DNA of 37,180 bases, from positions 1-37,180 of the forward strand of contig VFJJ01000141.1 of the NCBI GenBank assembly GCA_009886115.1. Direction: 5' to 3'. Under the pieces are notes generated by a model that worked only from the letters and a program-made list of their open reading frames with translations, searched no databases and had not been told where the DNA came from. Positions 1-9,927 of the stretch are shown piece after piece. The DNA comes from Actinomycetota bacterium. GTDB taxonomy: Bacteria; Actinomycetota; Acidimicrobiia; IMCC26256; VFJJ01. A program made the position numbers and the translations under genes. Numbering within the stretch: the stretch's first letter is position 1; each line of letters starts with the position of its first letter.

Positions 1-4
1 AGTC

Positions 5-1042
5 TCAGTCGGTCGGCGTGCGAGGCGCCAGATCGGCCAACCGATACAGCTCGTCGATCACCGCCATGTTCGCGACAGCGTCGTCGACGCCGGTCGGAAA
101 CGGGGCTCCATCGAGCACGGCTGCGCAGAACGCCTCGAGCTGGTGGAAGTAGGTCGACGTGCGCTCGGCTCGACGTTTCACGGCGGGACGTCCGTCGACC
201 GACAGTACCGTGCGCCCGAAGAACTGGGGAGCCAGGGGATTCCTCACTCGGAGCTCGCCGCGGCTGCCGACGACCCGCAGCGAGATGCGCAGAGACGACG
301 ACATCGAGCACGTGAGCAGCGCCGACGGTCCTCCGTCGGGGAACTGCAGCTCTGCGCCGACGGAACGGTCGACGCCGGGAGCGTGGAGGCGGGCCCGGGC
401 CGAGACCACGCGTGGCTCGCGCCCGAAACCGCTCGGGCCTGCACCCGTCACCGCCTTGCCGAGGTGGCGGATCATGCTCACCGGGTAGCAGCCGGCGTCC
501 ATCAAGGCCCCCGGGGCGAGCGCCGGGTTCCACCGGATGTCACCGCGCTTGAGCAGTGGGAAGCAAAACGCTGCTTCGATGAGCGCCACATCACCGAGAT
601 CACCTCGTTCCAGGATCTCCAGTACCTGCAAGGTCTGGGGGTGGTAGCGCCAATGGAACGCCTCCATGACGACCAGGTGCGGATGCGCCCGGGCCACGGC
701 GGCGACACGCTCTGCCTCGTCGGCATTGGCTGTGAAGGGCTTCTCGCACAGCACGTGCTTGCCGGCCTCGAGCGCGGCGATCGTCCAGCGACCGTGCAGC
801 CCGTTCGGCAGCGGCACGTAGACGGCATCGATCTCGGGATCGCCGACGAGGTCGTCGTACGACGGGTGCACCCGGGGGATGCCGTGCTTGCCAGCGAAGG
901 CCTCGGCCCGCGATATGTCGCGAGCAGCGACAGCAGCAACGACCGCACGCGAACCCAGACGAGCCGGCTTGATCAGAGCCGCCGGCGTGATCGCAGCTGC
1001 TCCCAGGATCCCGATCCGTACCCGTCCGTCGATGGCGGCCAT
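5..1042 (-). CDS. Gfo/Idh/MocA family NAD(P)-dependent oxidoreductase
   Basis: RIGILGAAAI Rossmann start, DAVYVPLPNGLH and KHVLCEKP motifs, GALMDAGCY. Start trimmed to ATG 1042 (MAAIDGRVRIG); the longer ORF extension is the antisense shadow of the next gene. Confidence 0.92.
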   Translation of the reverse strand: MAAIDGRVRIGILGAAAITPAALIKPARLGSRAVVAAVAARDISRAEAFAGKHGIPRVHPSYDDLVGDPEIDAVYVPLPNGLHGRWTIAALEAGKHVLCEKPFTANADEAERVAAVARAHPHLVVMEAFHWRYHPQTLQVLEILERGDLGDVALIEAAFCFPLLKRGDIRWNPALAPGALMDAGCYPVSMIRHLGKAVTGAGPSGFGREPRVVSARARLHAPGVDRSVGAELQFPDGGPSALLTCSMSSSLRISLRVVGSRGELRVRNPLAPQFFGRTVLSVDGRPAVKRRAERTSTYFHQLEAFCAAVLDGAPFPTGVDDAVANMAVIDELYRLADLAPRTPTD

Positions 1043-1138
1043 GAGTCGTGCCTCGCTGGGAGTGAATCGCTGGCTTGAGACGGAGGAGGAGCCGAGACTC
1101 CCCCTGGCATCTGGCTCAGCAGAGTAGAACGATGGACC

Positions 1139-1849
1139 ATGGCACAGACCACGGGGCTCCTGATCGCCTACAACAAGTGCATCCGCCTCACCGAGGCACC
1201 CGAGTGGGATGCCTGGTACGACGACATCCACCTTCCCGACCTCATGGAGGGCGACGGTCCGAAGGTCGCGACGCGGTGGATCCTCACTGATCCGCCCGCT
1301 CCAGGGATGCCGGGCATCGGGTTCACGCACCTCACGATCTACGAGTTCACGGGCGGCGACATCGGCCACAAGGTGCGCTCGTTCCTCGATCGCGACCGGG
1401 AGTTGCGCCGAGCCGGGCGAATCCATCCCACGCACGCGGTGATCGACGTGCACGCATTCGTGGCCCACGGCCGCTGGAACGACAAGCCCGAACCGTCACC
1501 GGCATTGAAGAGCCACGTGCTCACGCACGTCCTGTGCACCGATTCCCGAGTCGAGCTCGAGTGGGACCAGTGGTACGACGACCAGCACGTCCCCGACATG
1601 CTCGGTTCGGGCGCGTTCACCACGGCGACCCGGTGGCGACGCCTCGATCCCGTCGCGAACGGACCCAATCACATGACCCTGTACGACGTCGCGTTCGATT
1701 CCGTGCAAGAAGCCGTCGAGAAGAGCGCCGCCGTGATGCCCGGCCTCCTTGCTGCCGGACGCAAGCATCCGTGCCACACCGGTGCGATGACCCTCACGCT
1801 GCAACCGGCCGGCCGCCACGGGGGAACCGGTCTGCGCCCGTCCGACTGA
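1139..1849 (+). CDS. Hypothetical protein with two tandem EthD/DUF4286-like (dimeric alpha-beta barrel) repeats
   Basis: Internal duplication EWDAWYDDIHLPDLM / EWDQWYDDQHVPDML and HLTIYE / HMTLYD, typical of EthD-like domains. High GC3. Confidence 0.7.
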   Translation: MAQTTGLLIAYNKCIRLTEAPEWDAWYDDIHLPDLMEGDGPKVATRWILTDPPAPGMPGIGFTHLTIYEFTGGDIGHKVRSFLDRDRELRRAGRIHPTHAVIDVHAFVAHGRWNDKPEPSPALKSHVLTHVLCTDSRVELEWDQWYDDQHVPDMLGSGAFTTATRWRRLDPVANGPNHMTLYDVAFDSVQEAVEKSAAVMPGLLAAGRKHPCHTGAMTLTLQPAGRHGGTGLRPSD

Positions 1850-1860
1850 GCTCGCCCGGG

Positions 1861-1952
1861 CGGGCCCGTGACCTCGGGCCCGTGACGCCGGGCCCGTGAC
1901 CTCCGCCAGCGGCCCGCATCGGGAGGCCGCCCGGGCCCGCATCGGGAGGCCG
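1861..1952. repeat. Intergenic tandem repeats: 14-bp CGGGCCCGTGAC(CT/GC) x3, then 19-bp GGCCCGCATCGGGAGGCCG x2
   Basis: Units read directly at 1861-1874, 1875-1888, 1889-1902, and at 1911-1929 and 1934-1952. Confidence 0.9.
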
Positions 1953-2017
1953 AGCGCGGGAATCGCTCTGGCCGATTTCCGCCAGCATCGGACCCGGAGA
2001 GGCGCGACGATGGAGGC

Positions 2018-3463
2018 ATGATCGAGGACGTCGAGCGGTGCTACCGGATCGTGTGCAGCCGTGACCCCCGCTTCGACGGGTGGTTCATCGTCGCCGTCAC
2101 GACCACGAGCATCTACTGCCGTCCCTCATGCCCGGCCACCACGCCCAAGCGGGCCAACGTGCGCTTCTACCCCACGGCCGCGGCGGCTCAGGCGAACGGC
2201 TTCCGGGCCTGTCGCCGATGCCGCCCGGACGTCACACCCGGCTCGCCGCAGTGGTCGGTGCGCGGCGATGTCGTCGCCCGCGCCATGCGCCTCGTTGCCG
2301 ACGGTGTCGTCGACAGGGAGGGAGTGTCAGGTGTCGCCCGCCGGCTCGGCTACAGCGTCCGTCATCTGAACCGCCTGCTCACCGAAGAGCTCGGAGCCGG
2401 CCCGCTGGCGCTCGCTCGAGCGGAGCGGGCCCGCACGGCCCGGGTGCTGATCGAGACGACCGACCTCCCGTCGAGTCACATCGCGTTTGCCGCTGGCTTC
2501 TCCAGCATCCGCCAGTACAACGACACCATCCGGGAGGTCTTCGCATCGTCGCCGTCAGATCTGCGGACCCGCAGGCGCGGCATGAGCCCCGGCGTCGATG
2601 GGACGATCGCCGTGCGGTTGCCCGTACGGTCCCCGTTCGACGCGCAGCACCTGCTGCGCTTCCTCGGGGAGCGGGCGATCGAGGGAGTCGAGGAGGTCGA
2701 CGGAGCCACGTACCGCCGCAGCCTCACGCTCACGAACGGCACGGGCATCGTCTCGCTCACGCCGGTTTCGGTGCCGGTCGCTCACGTGCACGGTGTCTTC
2801 AAGCTGCAGGACCTGCGAGATCTGGCGGCAGCCGTGGCCCGGTGTCGGAGCCTCCTCGATCTCGATGCCGATCCCCGGGCCGTCGACGACGTGCTCGGTG
2901 CCGATCCCGCGCTCGGTCACCTGATCGCAGCCCACCCCGGGCGGCGGGTGCCGGGGACGGTCGACGGTTCCGAGCTGGCCGTGCGAGCGGTGCTGGGCCA
3001 ACAGGTGAGCGTCGCTGCGGCGCGAACCCAGGCGAGCCGGCTGGCCCGGCGGCGGGGTCGGCTCCTCGACACCCCCGACGGCGCGATCACCCGGTGCTTC
3101 CCGACCCCGGCCGAGCTGGCCGACGGCGAGACGTTCGAAGGGCTGCCCGGGATGCGTCGCAGGGCGCTGGTGGCCCTCTCGAAGGCCTTGGCCGACGAGA
3201 CCCTCGAACTGCACCCCGGCGTCGACCGCGCCCAGGCGACCGGCCGGTTGCGGGCGCTGCCCGGCATCGGGACCTGGACAGCCGACTACGTCGCGATGCG
3301 AGCGCTGCGCGACCCCGACATCTTCCTCCCCACCGACCTCGCCGTGCTCGGAGCCCTGCGAGCACTGACGCTGGCCACGAGCCCGCGCGAGGCCGAGCGT
3401 GTTGCCGTCAACTGGCGTCCCTGGCGTTCGTACGCCCTCGTCCACCTCTGGAGCCGATCATGA
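2018..3463 (+). CDS. alkA: Ada-AlkA fusion: Ada Zn-binding domain + AraC HTH + DNA-3-methyladenine glycosylase II
   Basis: SRDPRFDG...IYCRPSCP...GFRACRRC Ada motif, AraC-type HTH ([12 protein letters not shown]), AlkA N domain, HhH-GPD motif [31 protein letters not shown]. Confidence 0.95.
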   Translation: MIEDVERCYRIVCSRDPRFDGWFIVAVTTTSIYCRPSCPATTPKRANVRFYPTAAAAQANGFRACRRCRPDVTPGSPQWSVRGDVVARAMRLVADGVVDREGVSGVARRLGYSVRHLNRLLTEELGAGPLALARAERARTARVLIETTDLPSSHIAFAAGFSSIRQYNDTIREVFASSPSDLRTRRRGMSPGVDGTIAVRLPVRSPFDAQHLLRFLGERAIEGVEEVDGATYRRSLTLTNGTGIVSLTPVSVPVAHVHGVFKLQDLRDLAAAVARCRSLLDLDADPRAVDDVLGADPALGHLIAAHPGRRVPGTVDGSELAVRAVLGQQVSVAAARTQASRLARRRGRLLDTPDGAITRCFPTPAELADGETFEGLPGMRRRALVALSKALADETLELHPGVDRAQATGRLRALPGIGTWTADYVAMRALRDPDIFLPTDLAVLGALRALTLATSPREAERVAVNWRPWRSYALVHLWSRS

Positions 3464-4008
3464 CCGTTACCTCTGCCCCCTCGAACGCCGCCCGTCGCTC
3501 GAACGGACGTGCCCGCTCGAGCACCGTGACCACGCCCGTTGGGCCGTTCTCCGTCGTGGCCGACCTGAGCGACGCCGTCATCGCCTCAGGCTGGACCGAC
3601 GACATCGGCGGGCTCGTCTCCCTCGTGGCACCGTCGCTCCGACCCGATCGGATCGAGCACCGGGGTGATCTGGGCGAGCTCACCCGGGCCATCGTCGCCT
3701 ACCACGAAGGCGAGCTCCACGCCGTCGAGCCGATCATCGTGAACCAACGATCGGGACCGTTCCTCGACCTGGCGTGGAAGGTCCTCCGAGCGGTCGGGCC
3801 CGGCGAGCCCGTCAGCTACTCGGAGCTCGCGCTGCGCTGCGGACGGCCGACAGCGGTACGCGCCGCGGCGTCGGCCTGTGCCCGGAACTCGGCCGCGCTG
3901 TTCGTCCCGTGTCACCGGGTGATCCGCGCCGACGGATCGCTCGGCGGTTTCCGGTGGGGTCTGGCCGTGAAGCGGTGGCTTCTCGACCATGAATCTCACG
4001 CTATGTAG
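3460..4008 (+). CDS. ogt: Methylated-DNA--protein-cysteine methyltransferase
   Basis: Active-site PCHRV motif, [39 protein letters not shown] overlap with the alkA stop. Only the C-terminal part of the listed 2080..4008 ORF is real. Confidence 0.95.
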   Translation: MTVTSAPSNAARRSNGRARSSTVTTPVGPFSVVADLSDAVIASGWTDDIGGLVSLVAPSLRPDRIEHRGDLGELTRAIVAYHEGELHAVEPIIVNQRSGPFLDLAWKVLRAVGPGEPVSYSELALRCGRPTAVRAAASACARNSAALFVPCHRVIRADGSLGGFRWGLAVKRWLLDHESHAM

Positions 4009-4175
4009 CGACGAGCTGCATGGTGTGGGCCCTCGATGTCGATCGTGCGACAACCTCATGAACAGCAGGCGCCAAACCCTGTTCTTACCCTCGAATTACC
4101 TTGCCACGGAAGGAAATCTCGGTAAACCTGCGAGGGGAGCAGTGCACACGGGCTCGTCCATCGAAGGGAGGCGCA

Positions 4176-5645
4176 GTGACGTTGACGATTCAGGTGGACG
4201 GCATGGGTTCACGGAGCGCGTCGTCTCCCCTTCGGCCAGCGGTCGAACCCGCCTTCAGCGATCTCGTCGTCGTGGCCAACCGCCTTCCGGTCAAGCAAAA
4301 GGGAGGTGCCGAGCGCCCTGTGCTTCGGACGATCGGTTGGGAGACGAGTCCCGGTGGTCTCGTCGGCGCCCTGGCCCCGGTCCTGTCGGCTCGGACGGGT
4401 GCGTGGGTCGGATGGCCCGGGTGCTCGGGCCCGGCACCCGGCCCGTTCGATCACGAGGGCATGCACCTCCACCCCGTGGCCCTGGCCCGGTCGGAGTACG
4501 AGGCCTTCTACGAGGGCTTCTCGAACGCGACCCTCTGGCCGCTCTATCACGACGCCATTCGCGCGCCCGAGTTCCGCGCCGACTGGTGGGACGCCTACGT
4601 CGCCGTCAACTCCCGCTATGCCGAACGCGCCGCAGCGGTCACGGCGATCAACGGATCGGTGTGGGTCCACGACTACCAGCTCCAGCTCGTACCCGCGATG
4701 CTGCGACGCCTCCGCCCCGATCTGCGGATCGGCTTCTTCTTGCACATCCCGTTTCCCCCGCCCGAGCTGTTCATGCACCTCCCGTGGCGCCACGAGATCA
4801 TCGAGGGCCTGCTCGGTGTCGACGTCGTGGGCTTCCAGGAGCCCGTGGCCGCGCAGAACTTCTCCCGCCTGGCCCGCCGGGTCGCCGGCGCGACAGGCGC
4901 CGCGAAGCACCTGCTCCATGGCGGTCGTCGCATCGAGGTGGGCGCCTTTCCGATCTCGATAGATGTCGACGCCGTCACCCGCATCGCCGGGAACCCCATC
5001 ACGACGGTGCGCGCCGCCGAGCTCCGACGGAACCTCGGCGCGCCCACCACGCTCCTGCTCGGCGTCGATCGGCTCGACTACACCAAGGGCATCGAGCTCC
5101 GCCTTCGGGCGTTCCAGGAGCTGCTGCGCGACCGACGCCTGAAGCCGGGCGAGTGCGTGATGGTGCAGATCGCCGTCCCGTCTCGCGGTGAGGTCTCGAG
5201 CTACGCCGAGGAACGCGAGCGCATCGAGCGTCTCGTCGGCGAGATCAACGGCGAGTTCGGTCAGATGGGCCGGCCCGTCGTCCACTACCTCCACCGCAGC
5301 CTTCCCTTCCCCGAGCTCGTCGCCCTGTACCGGGCGGCCGACGTGATGCTCGTGACCCCCTTGCGGGACGGGATGAACCTGGTGTCCAAGGAGTACGTGG
5401 CCGCTCGCACCGACGGGGCCGGCGTGCTGGTGCTGAGCGAGTTCGCCGGCGCGTCCCGAGAGCTCTCGAGCGCGCTGTTGGTGAACCCGCACGACCACGA
5501 GGGGCTCAAGCACACGATCGAAGCCGCGGTGAACCTCGATCCCCTCGAGGCGAGGAAGCGGATGCGGTCGATGCGAGCGGCTGTTCGTCGCCACGACGTT
5601 CACGCCTGGGCCGCCGAGTTCCTCGGGGCGCTCAACGGGCATTGA
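4176..5645 (+). CDS. otsA: Alpha,alpha-trehalose-phosphate synthase (GT20)
   Basis: [68 protein letters not shown]. Start uncertain (GTG 4176 after GGGAGG, or ATG 4203). Confidence 0.96.
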   Translation: MTLTIQVDGMGSRSASSPLRPAVEPAFSDLVVVANRLPVKQKGGAERPVLRTIGWETSPGGLVGALAPVLSARTGAWVGWPGCSGPAPGPFDHEGMHLHPVALARSEYEAFYEGFSNATLWPLYHDAIRAPEFRADWWDAYVAVNSRYAERAAAVTAINGSVWVHDYQLQLVPAMLRRLRPDLRIGFFLHIPFPPPELFMHLPWRHEIIEGLLGVDVVGFQEPVAAQNFSRLARRVAGATGAAKHLLHGGRRIEVGAFPISIDVDAVTRIAGNPITTVRAAELRRNLGAPTTLLLGVDRLDYTKGIELRLRAFQELLRDRRLKPGECVMVQIAVPSRGEVSSYAEERERIERLVGEINGEFGQMGRPVVHYLHRSLPFPELVALYRAADVMLVTPLRDGMNLVSKEYVAARTDGAGVLVLSEFAGASRELSSALLVNPHDHEGLKHTIEAAVNLDPLEARKRMRSMRAAVRRHDVHAWAAEFLGALNGH

Positions 5646-5681
5646 CCCTCGTTGCGCGCTCCGAGAGAGCACACTTCCCCC

Positions 5682-8228
5682 ATGCGGAACCACACTCCCG
5701 AGCTCGACGGCCACCTCGACGAGCTGGCCCGGACGCCCGTGCTGCTCGTTGCCTGCGACTACGACGGCACACTGGCTCCGATCGTCACGAACCCGAGCGA
5801 CGCCCGACCCCGAGCCGAGTCGGTCGTGGCGCTCCGGACGCTCGCCGGTCTGACCGACACCCATGTGGCGGTGATCTCGGGACGGTCGCTGCGCGATCTG
5901 GCCGTGCTGAGCCGCCTCCCGTCGGAGATCCATCTCGTCGGTAGCCACGGCTCCGAGTTCGACCTGGGCTTCGCCCACGACCTCCCGGCCGAGATCCGCG
6001 CCACCCACGACCATCTCTGCGCCGACATCACCACAATCGCCACGAGGGCGACCGGGGTGAGGGTCGAGGTCAAGCCGGCCGGGCTCGCCGTGCACTACCG
6101 CGAGGTCGATCCCGAGGCCGTCGGCGACCTCCTGCTCGCCGTCGAAGGCGGACCGAGCCGCCGTCAGGGCGTGCACACCAGGCACGGCAAGATGGTCGTC
6201 GAGCTCTCGGTCGTCCCCACGAGCAAGGGTCACGCTCTCGAGATCCTGCGCCATCAGGTCGGGGCCACGGCCGTGTTGTTCCTGGGCGACGACCTCACCG
6301 ACGAGGACGCCTTCACCGTGCTGACCGGGCCCGACGTCGGCGTCAAGATCGGTGACGGGCCGACGGCTGCGGCACACCGGGTCAACGACACGATGGCCGT
6401 GGCCCAGCTCCTCGCGGGGCTCTCGGAGCGCAGACGGGAGTGGGTGTTCGGGTTCCGCGCCCCGCCGATCGAGCGGCACGCCCTGCTGTCGAACCGGAGG
6501 ACGGTCGCGTTGGTCACCCCCGACGCCCGGGTGGCCTGGATGTGCCACCCCCGAGCCGACGGCTCGTCGGTCTTCGCCGAGCTGCTCGGTGGAGCCAGTG
6601 CCGGCTACTTCTCGGTCGGCCCTCGCGTGCCGTCAACGCCGCTCGGCCAGCGCTACCTCCCCGGTACCTTGACGGTCGAGACCCGCTGGCCGGGCATCAC
6701 CGTCGTCGACTACCTCGACACGGCGATGATCGTGCCCGACGGGCCACCGCGCAACCGCAACGACCTGGTGCGGGTGATCACCGGCTTTCGCACAGCCCGC
6801 GTGGAGTTCGCGCCCCGACTCGACTACGCCCGCAGCCCGACCCGGCTCAAGCTCGTCGACGACGGGCTCGAAGTGCTCGGCGGTGCCGACCCGATCGTGC
6901 TGCGCTCACCGGGGGTGGTGTGGGAGATCACCGAAGAGGGGTCGCACCACACGGCCCGGGCCGATGTCGAGCTGGCCCGAGGCCCGGTCGTGCTCGAGCT
7001 CCGCTGCGGTGCGAGCCATACCACGGACGAAGGTCCACCCGTCATCGACCGCAAGCGGATCAGCGACCGTTCGTGGATCGATTGGGCCGGCCGTCTGGTC
7101 GTGCCCGCCCTGGCCCCCGATGCCGTCGTGCGGTCGGCGCTCACGCTCAAGGCGCTCTGTCACGAACCGACCGGCGCCATCTTAGCCGCAGCCACCACGA
7201 GCCTCCCCGAGATCATCGGCGGAGTCCGCAACTGGGACTATCGCTACTGCTGGCTACGCGACGGCGCGCTGACGGCGTCGGCCCTGACCAGCCTGGGCAG
7301 CCTCGACGAGGGTCTGGCGTTCCTCGACTGGCTCGCGGTTCTACTCGGCTCGGTCTCGGGCCCCGAGCGTCTCCGGCCCGTCTACACGATCCTCGGGCAG
7401 GAGCTCATGCCCGAGGCGGCCATCACCCAACTGTCGGGCTACGCCGGGAGTCGCCCGGTTCGCATCGGCAACGCCGCCGAGCACCAGCTGCAGCTCGACG
7501 TCTTCGGACCCGTCGTGGAGCTCGTCGAGCGTCTCATGAACGCCGGGGCCACGATCACCGACGCCCACTGGATGATCGTCGAGTCGATGGTGCAGGCGGT
7601 CGAGCAGCGATGGAACGAACCCGACCACGGGATCTGGGAGATCAGGCTCGCGCCCCGCCATCACGTGTACTCGAAGGTGATGTGCTGGTCGACGCTCGAG
7701 CGCGCCATCACCATCGCGAACCTGGTGCACGGCCGGGCCCGGCGGAGCTGGCTCGAGCTCCGTGACCTGATTGCCGCCGATGTCTTGACGCAGGGCTGGA
7801 AACCGCACCTCAACGCGTTCACCGCCGCGTACGACGGGGAAGATCTCGACGCGGCCTCGTTGCACGTGGGCCTCAGCGGGCTCGTCGCACCTCACGATCC
7901 CCGCTTTCTCGGCACGGTCCACGCCGTCGAGTTGCTGCTCCGCGACGGGCCCACGGTGTACCGGTACCGCACCGACGACGGCCTTCCTGGCTTCGAGGGC
8001 GGTTTTCACCTCTGTACGTCGTGGCTGGTGGAGGCCTACCACCTCGCCGGGCGCGACGAGGACGCTCGGGCCCTCTTCAGCCAACTGACCGATCTGGCCG
8101 GTCCGACCGGCCTGATGTCGGAGGAGTACGACCCGGCAACCGAGCGCTCCCTCGGCAACTACCCCCAGGCCTACTCCCACGTCGGCATCATCAACAACGC
8201 CGTGTCACTGAGCCGAACCAGATCCTGA
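5682..8228 (+). CDS. otsB: Trehalose-6-phosphate phosphatase (HAD) fused to a GH15 trehalase/glucoamylase-like hydrolase
   Basis: N-terminal DYDGTLAPIV, ISGR, GSHG, GDDLTDEDAF (HAD IIB). C-terminal TTSLPE..GGVRNWDYRYCWLRD, QLDVFG, IWEIR, LMSEEYD, GNYPQAYSH (GH15). Confidence 0.92.
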   Translation: MRNHTPELDGHLDELARTPVLLVACDYDGTLAPIVTNPSDARPRAESVVALRTLAGLTDTHVAVISGRSLRDLAVLSRLPSEIHLVGSHGSEFDLGFAHDLPAEIRATHDHLCADITTIATRATGVRVEVKPAGLAVHYREVDPEAVGDLLLAVEGGPSRRQGVHTRHGKMVVELSVVPTSKGHALEILRHQVGATAVLFLGDDLTDEDAFTVLTGPDVGVKIGDGPTAAAHRVNDTMAVAQLLAGLSERRREWVFGFRAPPIERHALLSNRRTVALVTPDARVAWMCHPRADGSSVFAELLGGASAGYFSVGPRVPSTPLGQRYLPGTLTVETRWPGITVVDYLDTAMIVPDGPPRNRNDLVRVITGFRTARVEFAPRLDYARSPTRLKLVDDGLEVLGGADPIVLRSPGVVWEITEEGSHHTARADVELARGPVVLELRCGASHTTDEGPPVIDRKRISDRSWIDWAGRLVVPALAPDAVVRSALTLKALCHEPTGAILAAATTSLPEIIGGVRNWDYRYCWLRDGALTASALTSLGSLDEGLAFLDWLAVLLGSVSGPERLRPVYTILGQELMPEAAITQLSGYAGSRPVRIGNAAEHQLQLDVFGPVVELVERLMNAGATITDAHWMIVESMVQAVEQRWNEPDHGIWEIRLAPRHHVYSKVMCWSTLERAITIANLVHGRARRSWLELRDLIAADVLTQGWKPHLNAFTAAYDGEDLDAASLHVGLSGLVAPHDPRFLGTVHAVELLLRDGPTVYRYRTDDGLPGFEGGFHLCTSWLVEAYHLAGRDEDARALFSQLTDLAGPTGLMSEEYDPATERSLGNYPQAYSHVGIINNAVSLSRTRS

Positions 8229-8234
8229 ACCGGA

Positions 8235-8275
8235 CCCTGAACCTCCCCGGCTCCGATGGGGAGACGGGTGCAGGG
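8235..8275. terminator. Hairpin between the convergent otsB-GH15 and acyltransferase genes (possible terminator)
   Basis: CTCCCC (8243-8248) pairs with GGGGAG (8258-8263), extended by CCCTG/CAGGG. No U-tract. Confidence 0.4.
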
Positions 8276-8320
8276 ATGTTCCACACCGGAGCCCTCCTTC
8301 ACACAGCGACGGAAAGGTCC

Positions 8321-9082
8321 TCAGCGGGAGGAGGATCGGAGCTCGATGGCTTCGTCGAGGACGGCCTGGAGACGCTCCCGGAGGTGCGCGCTGGCGGCGT
8401 GACGCTCGTGACGGCCCAGCCGCTCACCCACGCCGACGGGAGGCACGATGGGCGCGCCGACGACGAGCGCCACCCTGACCCATCGGAGGAGATGGGCCCC
8501 TCGCGGCAAGGCCTCGTCGGCTCCGGCGATGCCGATGGGCACGATGGGAGCGCCCGTCCGGGCCGACAGGTAGACCGCACCGTCGAAGACCTCACCCACC
8601 ACCGCCCCGGTTTTTCGTGTGCCCTCGGGGAACACGACCACGGCCTTGCCCTCCCGCAGCAGGTCCTCAGCCGCGGTCAGGGCCTCGCGATCGAGCGCGC
8701 CCCGGCGGACCGGGAAGCATCCGATCGAGGCCATGATCCACGACGAGAACCGTCCACGAAACAGCGAGACCTTGGCGAGTGACCACACGCGGCGATTGGT
8801 GAGCGCGGCGCCGATGAGCAGCACGTCGAGGTTCGACCGGTGCACCGGGGCCACGATCATCGGGCCTGGAACCGCGAGCTGCTCCTTGCCTCGAGACCTG
8901 ACCCTCAGGTACGGCAACAACAACGCACGACACGTGACCCGGAGCAACCCGTAGGCGAGGGCCGATGCACGCGAGCGCCCGATGCGGAGCACGCGATCGT
9001 GGAGCTCGGCATGGGCGGCGCTGGCGACCCTGGCGGCGTCGGCGACCCTGGCGGCGTCATCGGCAGAGGCGGCGGCTTTCAC
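8321..9082 (-). CDS. 1-acyl-sn-glycerol-3-phosphate (lysophospholipid) acyltransferase, PlsC family
   Basis: HxxxxD motif (VHRSNLD), LAKVSLF, FPVRRG, VFPEGTR, PIVPIGI. Start estimated at GTG 9082. Confidence 0.9.
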   Translation of the reverse strand: MKAAASADDAARVADAARVASAAHAELHDRVLRIGRSRASALAYGLLRVTCRALLLPYLRVRSRGKEQLAVPGPMIVAPVHRSNLDVLLIGAALTNRRVWSLAKVSLFRGRFSSWIMASIGCFPVRRGALDREALTAAEDLLREGKAVVVFPEGTRKTGAVVGEVFDGAVYLSARTGAPIVPIGIAGADEALPRGAHLLRWVRVALVVGAPIVPPVGVGERLGRHERHAASAHLRERLQAVLDEAIELRSSSR

Positions 9083-9096
9083 GGCGCGGGTCGCGA

Positions 9097-9900
9097 TCAG
9101 CGGTCGGATGACCGCGGTGGATTCTTGGGCGGGAACCGCAGCGCGCCATCGATGCGGATGATCTCGCCGTTCAGGTACCGGTTCTCGATGATGTGCTGGG
9201 CCAGCGCCGCGTACTCGTCCGGGCGTCCCATCCGATTGGGGAAAGGAACCAGCCGCGACCACTCGGCCTCCACGGCTTCGGCGTTCTTGCCGTACGCGGG
9301 CGTGATCATCGTCCCGGGAGCGATCGTGACGACGCGGATGCCGACGGCGCTCAGATCACGAGCCGCCACGATGGTCATCCCGTTGACGCCACCCTTGGCC
9401 GCGGCATACGCCACCTGGCCGATCTGGCCCTCGGAGCCGGCGATCGACGATGTCATCACCACCACGCCCCGCTCGCCGTCGACGCCGGGATCGTTGGCGC
9501 TCATGTGCGAAGCGGCCAGCCGCAGCACGTTGAAGGTCCCCACGAGGAACCCGTCGATGAACTGCTTGTACCCGGCCAGTGAGTGCGGCGTGCCGTCGCG
9601 GCCGATCGTGCGGCCCGCAGGTTCGGTGATGTGCGCGCCGTGCGCGACCACCACGGCCCGAACCGGCGCCCGACGGGCCATGGCCTGGAGGGCTCCGTCG
9701 ATGCTCTCGTCGTCGAGCACGTCGACCGTGAAGAACTCGACCTTCTCGCCGAGCTCGGCCAGCAACGGCTCGGCTCGCTCACGAGACACGTCGAGCACAC
9801 CGACGGTGGCCCCCGCGGCAGCGAGGCGACGCACCGTTGCGCTCCCGAGACCGCCGGCGCCACCCGTGACCACTGCCGAAACCCCTAGCAGGTCCATCAT
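9097..9900 (-). CDS. SDR family oxidoreductase (3-hydroxyacyl-CoA dehydrogenase type 2 / HSD10-like)
   Basis: TGGAGGLG, GTFNVLRLAA, EGQIGQVAYAAAKGG (YxxxK), YLNGEIIRIDGALRF. Confidence 0.93.
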   Translation of the reverse strand: MMDLLGVSAVVTGGAGGLGSATVRRLAAAGATVGVLDVSRERAEPLLAELGEKVEFFTVDVLDDESIDGALQAMARRAPVRAVVVAHGAHITEPAGRTIGRDGTPHSLAGYKQFIDGFLVGTFNVLRLAASHMSANDPGVDGERGVVVMTSSIAGSEGQIGQVAYAAAKGGVNGMTIVAARDLSAVGIRVVTIAPGTMITPAYGKNAEAVEAEWSRLVPFPNRMGRPDEYAALAQHIIENRYLNGEIIRIDGALRFPPKNPPRSSDR

Positions 9901-9927
9901 CGACTCCTCGCTGACGATCGATCCACC

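Noticed and set aside
1861..1952. CRISPR-like array
   Set aside because: Units are 14-19 bp and adjacent or nearly so, with no unique spacers and no cas genes.
2080..3459. 642-aa Ogt with a long N-terminal extension
   Set aside because: The extension is an alternative frame of alkA; the real start is the ATG at 3460 overlapping the alkA stop.
4101..4129. Sigma-70-type promoter TTGCCA-N16-TAAACC upstream of otsA
   Set aside because: Plausible, but the spacing and -10 are imperfect, so it is too weak to call without TSS data.
4209..6548. Long antisense or alternative-frame ORFs (e.g. 4209..6548, 14824..16830, 29106..31151, 30895..32853, 28886..30505)
   Set aside because: Shadow ORFs of well-supported genes, expected in high-GC DNA; composition is Arg/Pro/Gly-biased with no recognisable motifs.
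8229..8320. Hammerhead ribozyme, 6S RNA or SRP RNA
   Set aside because: The CUGANGA core is incomplete and the stems are in the wrong topology; no SRP GGAAG/AGCAG loop; too short for the 6S rod.
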